A stretch of 64,000 nucleotides of DNA from an uncultured delta proteobacterium. GTDB taxonomy: Bacteria; Desulfobacterota; Binatia; UBA9968. Below, in pieces: positions 54,287 to 63,170 of the stretch. The translations under genes and the position numbers were made by a program. Numbering within the stretch: position 1 is the stretch's first letter; each line of letters opens with the position of its first letter. The stretch covers positions 32,001-96,000 of the forward strand of contig CAVUZH010000016.1 in the NCBI GenBank assembly GCA_963745835.1, written 5' to 3'. The notes under the pieces are model-generated. The model saw only the letters and a program-made list of their open reading frames with translations, searched no databases and was not told the DNA's origin.

Positions 54287-56551
54287 TCAGGTTCGTGACC
54301 GGTGAACGGAAGTTGTGGGTCGCCCGGCATCTTTGATTGCGCGCCAGACTTTTTCCGGGGTCAAAGGCAGCGTCTTGATCCGCGCGCCCGAGCACCAGGC
54401 GATCGCGTTGGCGATCGCCGGAGCTACCGGAATGATCCCGCCTTCGCCCAAACCCTTGGCGCCGTACGGTCCAGGACCGTTAGCATCTTCGATGAGAATG
54501 GAATCGAATTGCTCGGGCACGTCATCGAAGCTCGGCACTTTGTAATCGACCATGCCGGCATTGATGATTTGGCCGCTATCGAATTGATAAGCCTCATAGA
54601 ACGTGTGTCCAATACCCATCATCGCCGAACCCTCGTCCTGGCCCTCGCAGTGCAGCGGATGCAGCGCTTTGCCGGCATCGGCTGCCGTCACGTACTTGTG
54701 CACGTGTACTTCTCCGGTCTCCTGATCGACATCCAGCTCCACCGCGCCGATGCCGATTTCCCAGAACAGCGGATTTGCCGGAGTGGGCGCCATGCCGCTA
54801 TGGGCGTAACCGCGGCCGACAAGCTCGCCTCCCTGCATGGCAAAATGCTTGTGAATCAATTCGCCGTAAGAAACTTTCTTTCCTCCGGCTATGGCCTGGC
54901 CATCTTTCAGAGTGATAGCTTCCTCCGGCGATTCGAAGTGTTCCTCGGCGAGCTCGAGGATCTGCCGGCGAGCATCGTTTCCGGCTAACTCAACTGCTTT
55001 GCCCATGACAGTCGTCGAACGGCTCGACCCGGTGGAGCGATCAAACGGCGTGAAAGCAGTGTCGATGGGGCGGATCGTGACCCGCTCCAGCGGCACCGAC
55101 AACTCTTCAGCAACGATCTGGCTCATAACTGTCTTGGCGCCCTGCCCGAGCTCCACCGTTCCACACAAGAGAACCACGCTGCCGTCAGCGAGCACATGCA
55201 CCGTTGATGTCGAAGCTAGAGGTGCTCCGGGATCGGTGGTGCCAAATCCCACGCCCCGACCCCGGCCGGTTTTGCTGAGCGCTCCATCCCAGCCCAGCTT
55301 GTCGGTGACGAGTTTCAGTCCCTTAGCGAGATCGGCATCCAACGGTTTGAGTTTGGGTCTAATCTCTTCGCCTTTCTTGACGAGATTCTTTAGCCGTAGC
55401 TCAACAGGATCGAGCCCGAGCTTTTGCGCGATGATATCCATCTGTGACTCGGTGGCCCAGGCAGTCTGCGGCCCGCCGATGGAACGGAAAGAAGCGGCGG
55501 ACACCGTGTTCGTATAGACACAGTAGGAGTTGATCTTCAGATTAGGATAGCGGTATGGCCCAAGTATGCGTGTCAAAGTTCGACCGGTCACGATTGGACC
55601 GGTTTCAGCGTAGGCGCCGGTATTGAGATAAATCTCCGCCTGCTTGGCAAGCAGGGTGCCGTCTTTTTTCACGCCGGTCTTGAGCTTGCATTGGACCGCG
55701 TGACGTCGGCAAGTCACCATCGCTTCAGCGACATTGAGTGCCACCCTAACCGGCCGTTGCGCTTTGCGCGCCAGGGCAACCACAAGCGGCTCGATCTTTC
55801 CTCCCGACTTGCTGCCATAGGCGCCACCGACGAAATTCACATGGACGCGGATCTTCGACAGCGGGTAATGATATATTTCCGCAATCTCCTGCCGCACGCC
55901 GAATGGGTGACCGGTCGACGTCCAAATATTGATCCCGTCGCTATCTACCTCGGCAATCGCGATGTGCGGCTCCATCGAGTAGTGATAGATCATCGGAAAC
56001 TCGAAAGTGTCCTCGAAGATCTCGTCGGCCTCGGCAAAGCCGCTTTCCACGTCGCCTTTGACAAGGTCGGTCTCGAAGCAAATATTTTTCTCGGCAAATT
56101 CGTGAATTCGCGGCGCGCCGGCTGCCAACGCATCCTCTACGTCGATAAGCGCCGGCAGCTCCTGGTATTCGACGGCGATCCTGGCTAACGCCTCCTCCGC
56201 GGTAGCCCGATCGACGGCGGCAACCGCCGCCACCGGCTGGCCGGCAAAGATTACCCGGTCCACCGCAATGATCGGGTGATCTCGGTTTTTTCCGCGCCCC
56301 ATGTACGGGCTCACATCGCTGAAGTCTTTGCTGGTGATCACAGCGATCACGCCAGGCAATGCTTCTGCTTCCCGTGTATCTATCGAGAGGATGCGCGCAT
56401 GCGCGTACGGACTGCGCAGAAATTTTCCTTCGATCATGCCGGGGACGATAAGATCACCGGCATACCTGGCCCTGCCGGTTACCTTGTCGGCGCCGTCAAC
56501 ACGCCGGACGGAAGTGCCGATGATGGAGAAATTACGCTTTTCTGCCTTCAA
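54287..56551 (-). CDS. xanthine dehydrogenase-family molybdopterin-binding large subunit
   Basis: RSPYAHARI, VGGAYGSK, FRSIG, ELGQG, GAKGLGE. Confidence 0.9.
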   Translation of the reverse strand: MKAEKRNFSIIGTSVRRVDGADKVTGRARYAGDLIVPGMIEGKFLRSPYAHARILSIDTREAEALPGVIAVITSKDFSDVSPYMGRGKNRDHPIIAVDRVIFAGQPVAAVAAVDRATAEEALARIAVEYQELPALIDVEDALAAGAPRIHEFAEKNICFETDLVKGDVESGFAEADEIFEDTFEFPMIYHYSMEPHIAIAEVDSDGINIWTSTGHPFGVRQEIAEIYHYPLSKIRVHVNFVGGAYGSKSGGKIEPLVVALARKAQRPVRVALNVAEAMVTCRRHAVQCKLKTGVKKDGTLLAKQAEIYLNTGAYAETGPIVTGRTLTRILGPYRYPNLKINSYCVYTNTVSAASFRSIGGPQTAWATESQMDIIAQKLGLDPVELRLKNLVKKGEEIRPKLKPLDADLAKGLKLVTDKLGWDGALSKTGRGRGVGFGTTDPGAPLASTSTVHVLADGSVVLLCGTVELGQGAKTVMSQIVAEELSVPLERVTIRPIDTAFTPFDRSTGSSRSTTVMGKAVELAGNDARRQILELAEEHFESPEEAITLKDGQAIAGGKKVSYGELIHKHFAMQGGELVGRGYAHSGMAPTPANPLFWEIGIGAVELDVDQETGEVHVHKYVTAADAGKALHPLHCEGQDEGSAMMGIGHTFYEAYQFDSGQIINAGMVDYKVPSFDDVPEQFDSILIEDANGPGPYGAKGLGEGGIIPVAPAIANAIAWCSGARIKTLPLTPEKVWRAIKDAGRPTTSVHRSRT

Positions 56552-56852
56552 GTGAAACCTTTCCTCTTGCCTAGTTCATCAGAACTGTGCTTGGCGGTTA
56601 CCCAGGGACGATTTGCAACAATAGCCTTCGTAAACCGACGAGCTGTAAATACATCCTTCCCGTATATTGGCGCTAAATTCCTGTCAAGCTCTCTGGCCAT
56701 TTGACCATCATCTATCGCGGCACAAAAGGCGCAAGTCGATCACAAGCGCGGCGTCGAGTTTGTTTTTTATTTTTCCGATTTAGCTTTCATCTTCTGTGCG
56801 AATCCTTGAGCACCCCATCCATAGATGCGATGATGGCCATACAATTCATTGA

Positions 56853-57848
56853 ATGCCTCGTGAAACGACACTCTCATTGCGCAGCTATATCTCGAGAACT
56901 CTCCTGCTGATTTTATTCAGCTCGTGCAGTGTGCCGGCGCCCTCCGGTTTGGTTCAATTGCGCCCTTTTCAAATCGAGTCGAAGGAGAACCAACGGACGG
57001 AAATCGATGGGCTGATACTGTTGGGCGCTTTCGAACTCCGCTCGCGACATCCGCAATTCGGCGGCATTTCCGGACTGAGCATAGGCGCCGACGGCAGGCT
57101 TTACGCCGTCTCCGATCGCGGCTATTGGCTTTCTGCTCGCATGCGGCATGACAGCGAAGGCGCCCTAGTAGACCTGCTCGATTGGCAAATCAAACCCATT
57201 TTAACCCCGGAAAGAACTCCCACCGATGGACTGCTGACGGACTCGGAAGCGCTCGCCGGCGCGCCGGACGGGTCGTTCATCGTCGGCTTTGAACAGACCC
57301 ATCGCTTGTGGCGCTATCCGCCGCCGCCGATGACGTTCGATTCCCCGGCGCAGGCAATCCCAGCTCCGCACGATCTTGCCAAAGCGCCGCGCAACGGCGG
57401 TCTTGAATGCGTTACCGTTCTCCCCAGCGGAGAAATTCTCACCCTTGCGGAAGAACTGCAAAACAAAGACGGCAGTTTCAAAGGCTGGCTCATCGATGAC
57501 CAGCAAGCGGTGGAGTTATCTTACTTGCCAAGCGCCGGCTTTCGAGCATCGGATTGCGCGGCGTTGCCAAATGGCGATGTCATTGTCCTCGAACGGCACT
57601 TATCGATATTTCTCGCCTTTTCGGCGCGCCTGAAGCTCATTCGAGCTGCGAGCATACGGCCGCATGCTATGCTCAACGGTGAAGATCTGCTCCGGCTCGA
57701 TCCGCCGCTTCGGCTCGACAATTTCGAGGGTATCGCAATACAGGAGGATGCAGCCGGAACTTTGATCTACCTCATCTCGGACAATAACTTCCAGCCGTTC
57801 CAGCGCACACTGCTGTTGCAATTTCGCCTTCCTCGGACCGCTTACTAA
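56853..57848 (+). CDS. esterase-like activity of phytase family lipoprotein (beta-propeller)
   Basis: FGGISGL, SDRG, DSEAL, NGGLE, DNFEGI, ISDNNF..QRTLLLQF. Confidence 0.8.
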   Translation: MPRETTLSLRSYISRTLLLILFSSCSVPAPSGLVQLRPFQIESKENQRTEIDGLILLGAFELRSRHPQFGGISGLSIGADGRLYAVSDRGYWLSARMRHDSEGALVDLLDWQIKPILTPERTPTDGLLTDSEALAGAPDGSFIVGFEQTHRLWRYPPPPMTFDSPAQAIPAPHDLAKAPRNGGLECVTVLPSGEILTLAEELQNKDGSFKGWLIDDQQAVELSYLPSAGFRASDCAALPNGDVIVLERHLSIFLAFSARLKLIRAASIRPHAMLNGEDLLRLDPPLRLDNFEGIAIQEDAAGTLIYLISDNNFQPFQRTLLLQFRLPRTAY

Positions 57849-57876
57849 AGTAATCAGAGGTTGAAAAACTCTCTTC

Positions 57877-57930
57877 ACGGGCTGTTCAAAAGATTTCAGA
57901 GCCGAGGCGCCCGACGTTCGATGAGCTGAG
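57877..57930. repeat. left part of a ~125-bp hairpin/MITE-like repeat interrupted by the IS110
   Basis: Begins ACGGGCTGTTCAAAA, an inverted match to TTTTCAACAGCCTGT at 59487-59501; ends at the AG core 57929-57930. Confidence 0.75.
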
Positions 57931-57945
57931 ACTTTCTATGAGCCC

Positions 57946-57951
57946 TGTCAA
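57946..57951 (-). promoter_or_regulatory. outward-facing -35 box (TTGACA) in the IS right end
   Basis: TTGACA lies 15 nt from the core; pairs with the -10 at the left end on circularisation. Confidence 0.8.
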
Positions 57952-57969
57952 GCCCCATCGATTTTATTT

Positions 57970-59195
57970 TCACGCTGCCTGGCGCAATTTCTGTCGTGCA
58001 ATGTTGGCCAAGTGGTGGGTTTCGTCATAAGGTTTATGATCTCTCCACAGCACAAAAATAATTTTCAACCACTTCGCTCCCAAAGCCCGAAGTGCTTGGG
58101 GATGGCTGTGTCCTCTGGCCCGTTGGTCTCGATAAAAGGCCTTGGCCCACTGGCTGCGGTTTATCGAGATAAAAGCAAACCAGTAGACGGCGTAGCGCAA
58201 TTGTTTGTTACAAGAAAACCGAAACTCAACAATGCGACTCTTGCCACTCGATTTGGTCACCGGGACTGCTCCCGCTTCGGCCTGAAGGTGCTTAAAGGAT
58301 TCCCATCGAGCTGGGGCATCTCCCAGCTCGGCCCAAAGGGCCGGCAGCAACGTTCCGCTTTTCCCTCCCGGCAGCTTCTCCACAAGCCTAGCGGCCGGTG
58401 TAGAGGCGAAAAAACGTTCGACCTTGTCGCTGTACTTCTCAATGCTTCGCAGCGAAGCCTCAAGCTGATCGAGCAGCACTTCGAGCAACTGCGCCTTGGC
58501 TCTGACGACGTGATCGGGAACCACAAGTTGCGGCTTTTTCAGCTCCTCCCACCGCTTGGCACTGCGTGCTTTACCAAGATGAGGATGCTGCTGGGCAAAT
58601 CGGCTCCACTGCTTACGGCTAAGCTTCGAGAGCGCCGTTGGCGTCGAATACTGCTTGAGAAAGTCTACTGCTATACGAGCCTCCAGATCCCCAAAAACCT
58701 CCACCGGTCGAGGATAGTACTCCTTGAGAGTGAACTTGAGCTGATTGAGCAAACGCGTTTTGTGACGCACCATTCTTTGCTGATCCCGGGTAAGCAGCTT
58801 AAGCTCCTGGGCCTGCTCAGAGCTTGGCCGAAGGGGCCTGAGGTGACCGTGGTCGGTTCGAAGAAAGTCCGACAGTACCCAAGCGTCAAAGGGGTCGCTC
58901 TTGGATTGGCTCATGCGAAACCGGTCCCGAGCACGATCCAAGACCTTGGGATTGACCGGATAAACCACCCCCCATGATCCAAAAGAAAATCCACAATGCG
59001 CCCGTGGGGCTTCTCGATCGCCGCCCACAGCTCCACCTGCTCAGCTCTGCTCTGATTGAGCCAATGCGCCAACTCCGCCAGCCCTTCAGGGTTCTCTTGG
59101 ACTTTCATCTCCATTACCTTTATCCCGTTCTCGTCGCCACCGTAGAGCTGGTGTACTCGGTCTGCCCAATCTACTCCCAGATAGTATCGTGGCAC
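57970..59195 (-). CDS. IS110 family transposase/bridge recombinase (~408 aa, 1-nt frameshift near 58970)
   Basis: GVDWA, AIEK, KSDPFDA (DEDD RuvC-like); C-terminal AGAVPVTKSSGKS with the putative catalytic Ser; GTG start with AAGGAGG RBS. Confidence 0.92.
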
Positions 59196-59224
59196 TTTGT
59201 TGTCCTCCTTCTTTGCTTACTTTA

Positions 59225-59417
59225 CTCCAATAGCTGTGAACGGAACGTTAGCCTTATATCGGTCCTCGACGGGACAACTTTCCATAGAACTTTTGACTCC
59301 GTTCTTTTGCTGGTCGGGACAGTCTCAGCTAGATCCTCTAACGGAATCGCGTACGTAAGGTCCTCTAACCAGCAAGCTTCTTGGACGACAATGCAATATC
59401 TATCATCGAGTATGACT
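59225..59417 (-). ncRNA. putative bridge RNA (5' hairpin, target-binding loop, donor-binding loop); ends approximate
   Basis: Two stem-closed internal loops carrying 6-10-nt matches to the target flanks and element ends in the expected orientations. Confidence 0.82.
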
Positions 59418-59422
59418 ACAGT

Positions 59423-59428
59423 AATATA
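59423..59428 (-). promoter_or_regulatory. -10 box (TATATT) at the IS left end
   Basis: Immediately inside the core; gives TTGACA-17-TATATT in the circle junction. Confidence 0.8.
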
Positions 59429-59430
59429 AG

Positions 59431-59501
59431 GCGTACGCTTCAGTACGTTGAAGCGAGTCGGGCGAGCGCAACGAAGGCTATAAGTCTTTTCAACAGCCTG
59501 T
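59431..59501. repeat. right part of the interrupted ~125-bp repeat
   Basis: GCGTACGCTTCAGTACG internal hairpin; terminal TTTTCAACAGCCTGT. Confidence 0.75.
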
Positions 59502-59570
59502 CAGTGCGTTGACACTAATAGGTTTCCTAGAGTAAGCCTGAGCCAAATCGACCATCACTGTGTTCTCAGC

Positions 59571-60671
59571 ATGCTCGATAACCAACCGACCTATATTTTC
59601 GCCGCGGAGTATCTGAAGAACTTTTCCGCTGCGGTATTCATGCACTTCGGCATTTCGGCAGAAGATGCCGCGCAAGCGGCGGATGTGTTGGCAACAAGCG
59701 ATTTACGCGGCATCGACTCTCATGGCGTCGCGCGCCTGCACACCTACTTCGAAATGCTCGATTTAGGCAGGATCAATCCCAGCCCCAACATCCGAATCGT
59801 CCGCGAGAAACACAGCGTCGCAACGATCGACGGGGACAACGGTTTGGGTCTGGTGGTGGCGCCCAAGGCCAATGCCATCGCCATGGACAAAGCCGAACAA
59901 CATGGCTCGGGCTGGGTGAGCGTCTGCAACACCAATCATTTCGGCATCGCCGGCTACTATCCTTTACAGGCGCTCAAGCGCGATCTCATCGGCTGGGCGA
60001 TGACCAACACGACCAAACTAGTGGCGCCGCTGTGGGGCGCGGAGAGAATGCTGGGAACGAATCCGATCGCCATTGCTTTTCCGGGATACGAAGAGCCGCC
60101 CATCGTCATCGACATGGCGACCAGCGCCGTGGCTTACGGCAAAATCGAAATCGCGCTGCGCAAAAAGGAATCCGTTCCGAAAGGCTGGATCGTCGACCGA
60201 GACGGCCGCGACACGACCAATCCGCAAGAGATGATCGACGGCGGCGCGCAACTGCCGCTCGGCTCGGAAAGAGATTTAGGCGGTCACAAAGGTTATGCCC
60301 TGGCCGCGATGGTGGACATTCTCTGCTGCGTGTTGAGCGGCGCCAACTGGGGTCCGTTCGCCCCTCCCTTTGCGCTGCGGCAGGAGATTCCCGAGCGCTC
60401 GGTCGGCAAAGGCATCGGACATTTCTTCGGCGCCATGCAGATCGACGGCTTCATCGACAAAGACGAATTTAAAAAGCAGATCGATGAATGGATTCGAATC
60501 TTTCGCAGCACCAAACCCGCTCCCGGCACCAACGGCCCCCTGATCCCTGGCGACCCGGAGCGAGAGGCGGAAGCCATCAGAAGCAAAGAAGGAATTCCGT
60601 TACTCAAACCAGTTATTGATGACTTGATGGATATATCGAGGAAGACCGGGATACCGTTTGAGATGAAATGA
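59571..60671 (+). CDS. Ldh_2 (malate/L-lactate/sulfolactate dehydrogenase) family oxidoreductase
   Basis: DLRGIDSHGV, NHFGIAG, GTNPIA, DMATS, GHKGY, IPGDPE. Confidence 0.9.
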   Translation: MLDNQPTYIFAAEYLKNFSAAVFMHFGISAEDAAQAADVLATSDLRGIDSHGVARLHTYFEMLDLGRINPSPNIRIVREKHSVATIDGDNGLGLVVAPKANAIAMDKAEQHGSGWVSVCNTNHFGIAGYYPLQALKRDLIGWAMTNTTKLVAPLWGAERMLGTNPIAIAFPGYEEPPIVIDMATSAVAYGKIEIALRKKESVPKGWIVDRDGRDTTNPQEMIDGGAQLPLGSERDLGGHKGYALAAMVDILCCVLSGANWGPFAPPFALRQEIPERSVGKGIGHFFGAMQIDGFIDKDEFKKQIDEWIRIFRSTKPAPGTNGPLIPGDPEREAEAIRSKEGIPLLKPVIDDLMDISRKTGIPFEMK

Positions 60672-60763
60672 TGAGCTTCTTCGAAAAAGGACGGGAGCCC
60701 GGTCTTCGTTTGATCAAACGGCTTGTCTAAATCGCAACCTGAGCCAATTTCCCGATTCGACCG

Positions 60764-61155
60764 TTATTTTTTAGATTTCTCTTTGTCGGTTTCGGGCTCT
60801 GCCAACTCTTTTTCCAGTTCTTCTAGAGGCGGTAAGAGCTTCTCGACCGCTTCCTTGACCACCGGCAATCATGCTGCACGATCCGCCATATGCGTTTCAG
60901 ATCAATGCCTTCATAAGCGTGGATCAGAACGTCTCGGAAACCGGCCATCAGACCCATGAGATCTTGAGAATGCGCTCTACAGTATGCCTCAGGCACTCGT
61001 TTCGCCGCTTCACCAATAATCTCAAAATTGCGGATCACAGCATCCTGAAGCATCGTATCGTTGTGAAATTCTTTCTCGCCGCCCTTAGTGTAGCGCTCGA
61101 TTTTTTGCGCGCATTCCAAAATGTGGGCGAGGTCGACACGCGGATCTTTCTTCAC
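60764..61155 (-). CDS. HepT/DUF86 HEPN ribonuclease toxin (frameshift near 60870)
   Basis: DAVIRNFEIIGEA..RDVLIHAY (R-X4-H HEPN motif). Confidence 0.8.
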
Positions 61156-61430
61156 AAAGGCCTGGCTTCCTTCAAAATGCGCCGTTCCGATAAAAAAGGT
61201 GTCCCATGCTCACGATTCTGGCGATATTCTTCACCGCTTAAGATCGTTGGGGCAAGATTCATATCTTTAAGCGAGATCGATATCGAGAGACTCTTCGACG
61301 ATCCGGCGGTAAAGCGCTCTGTCCTTATCCTGAACTACCACCAAAACATCGAGATCGGACTCCTCGGTCCCTTCATCGCGCGCCCTTGACCAAAGAGACG
61401 TATCGACAACAGCTTGGAGCGAAATGCGGA
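61152..61430 (-). pseudogene. MNT (minimal nucleotidyltransferase) antitoxin remnant
   Basis: Stitched frames: LLSIRLFG(S)RARDEGTEESDLDVLVVV..; tail RRILKEARPL* overlaps the HepT GTG start; 5' end missing. Confidence 0.65.
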
Positions 61431-61843
61431 CCACATGCTCTCCGAGTTAGTCCGGGTCGCGAAACCCGGCGGACGGGGGGCGGTTATAGTGCGAGCGATC
61501 GATATCCCATTGGTGGTGAATGTCCCACTTCGCCCCGAGCTGAAAACCAAAGCTCAAATCCCCCCCGGGTTCGTAGGGGCACGGGGTGTGCCGATGCTAG
61601 CCTGTATCTACATTTTCATCAGGCGGGGCTGACGCACACGCAGATATGGCCGCAGTTTGCCGCCTCTGAGCAGCCCGATACGGCTCAGGCGCAGTTAGCG
61701 CACGGCGCTATTCTCTGTGCCCTTAGCGCCGAGGAAACGCAGGAGTGGCACACGGGCATGGCGCAAGCAGTGGCGATGGAACCTATTTTATTGCGCAGCC
61801 GTTTCACTGCGCCGCCGGAACAAAGGCCGAGACGCCGGGTTAA
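61414..61843 (+). pseudogene. C-terminal fragment of a class I SAM methyltransferase
   Basis: MLSELVRVAKPGGR motif, then ADASLY..FIAQPFHCAAGTK; SAM-binding N-half absent. Confidence 0.55.
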
Positions 61844-63024
61844 GTTCGAGGGAATCCTAGCGTGCGCGCTTGGTCTTCTGCGAGGAACCCTATGACCGGT
61901 GCGACAAGCTCCATGGCCTCTTCATGGGTCGCCGGAAGATGGTTGTAACCTTCGAGGGCCAGTAACCGAGCACCGGGAATTTTGGCCGCAAGCTCTCGTC
62001 CCCCGGAAAACGGCACGTGATCTCCTCTGCGGTGAATAACCAGAGTGGGAACCGAAACATTGGCGAGGATCGGCGTAACATCATCTCGTTTCTGCCTGAG
62101 AGCCATCAGTCGTTCCAATGCCTCACTAGATACCGAGAGCCGTAACCATCGCGCAAGCCTTTCGACATCCTCCCTTGTTCCGCCATGCGGCATCAATCGT
62201 TCTACCCTCATCTTAGAGCCAACTTCCCAACTGGCGCGCATCACGGAGATCGTGACCTCCCGTTGCCTCTTCCGCTCCCTACCGACAGGCTCAAGATCTG
62301 TTCCGTAAAAAACTAGTTGGCTTACGCGATTGGGATGCTTCGCGTAATAGCGCAGCGCCAACAGCGCTCCCCCGCACAGGCCGTACAACGGAAACCTTTC
62401 CAGTTTCAATTCATCCACGACCGCCTCAAGGTCGAGAACGAAATGGTGCTCCGACGACAGGGGGGCATCGCGGTCCGACAGCCCTGTACCGCGCATATCG
62501 AAGCGCACCAACGTATGGCGCCGCGCCAGCGCTTCATAAACTTCGGCGAGGGGTCCCTCGACCAAATCGGCTTCGAGGTGCGTTACAAGCTGCGGGGGAA
62601 TGACGATGGGTGGACCATCTCCCATCGTCGAATAAGCGATTCGCACGCCATCGGCAGTGCTGCAAAAGCGAATGTTCTGCGTTGTCGTTGCCGCGCGCTG
62701 AACGCCATTGCGAACGGGAGCTAAGAATCGATATCCCCGCCGATGCACCGTTTCAATAAATTTTGGCTTGGTGGATATATCTCCGAGCGCCTTGCGAATC
62801 TCGCCGATACAGACAGTCAAAACAGCGTCCGTGACTGCGATATTGGGCCAGAGGGTGTTGAGAAGCGCTTCCTTCGTGACCAACTGATCAGAGTGGTCAG
62901 CCAGATAGCGCAATAGAGAGAAGGCCTTGGGCGTCAGGCGGATCTGCTTTCCGTTTCGCAACAACCGTTCGTTGATCGCGTCCAGGCAAAACGGTTCAAA
63001 AACTAACTCCGTTTGTGATGCCAT
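61840..63024 (-). CDS. OmpR-type winged-HTH (Trans_reg_C) fused to an alpha/beta-hydrolase domain
   Basis: LTPKAFSLLRYL..IETVHRRGYRF; DGVRIAY..FDMRGTGLSD..GLCGG..NHL. Confidence 0.85.
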   Translation of the reverse strand: MASQTELVFEPFCLDAINERLLRNGKQIRLTPKAFSLLRYLADHSDQLVTKEALLNTLWPNIAVTDAVLTVCIGEIRKALGDISTKPKFIETVHRRGYRFLAPVRNGVQRAATTTQNIRFCSTADGVRIAYSTMGDGPPIVIPPQLVTHLEADLVEGPLAEVYEALARRHTLVRFDMRGTGLSDRDAPLSSEHHFVLDLEAVVDELKLERFPLYGLCGGALLALRYYAKHPNRVSQLVFYGTDLEPVGRERKRQREVTISVMRASWEVGSKMRVERLMPHGGTREDVERLARWLRLSVSSEALERLMALRQKRDDVTPILANVSVPTLVIHRRGDHVPFSGGRELAAKIPGARLLALEGYNHLPATHEEAMELVAPVIGFLAEDQARTLGFPRT

Positions 63025-63170
63025 ATTCCACTCCTACAGAGCTTAGAAGTATCTTCGACAAACTTTAGTTCTTCTTAAGGACTTCCCCTCTGCCGGGTCA
63101 TTAAATTCACAATCAAAGCTCCGGTTCAACAACGGTGCTCGAAAACATCATTCAGAAACGAGGAGGTAAT

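Larger units (their letters stand above)
57931..59428 (-). mobile_element. IS110-family insertion sequence (IS110 group, long left non-coding end), CT core
   Basis: DEDD transposase; same dinucleotide (AG on +, CT on -) at both junctions (57929-30, 59429-30); no long TIRs; removal restores the interrupted repeat. Confidence 0.92.

Noticed and set aside
58960-58980. Programmed frameshift in the IS110 transposase
   Set aside because: IS110 transposases are single ORFs; the break lies in a C6 run and matches the window-wide error pattern, although true inactivation cannot be excluded
58012-59429. Plus-strand ORFs of 321 and 151 aa over the IS110
   Set aside because: Antisense shadows of the transposase and bridge RNA region with no recognisable motifs
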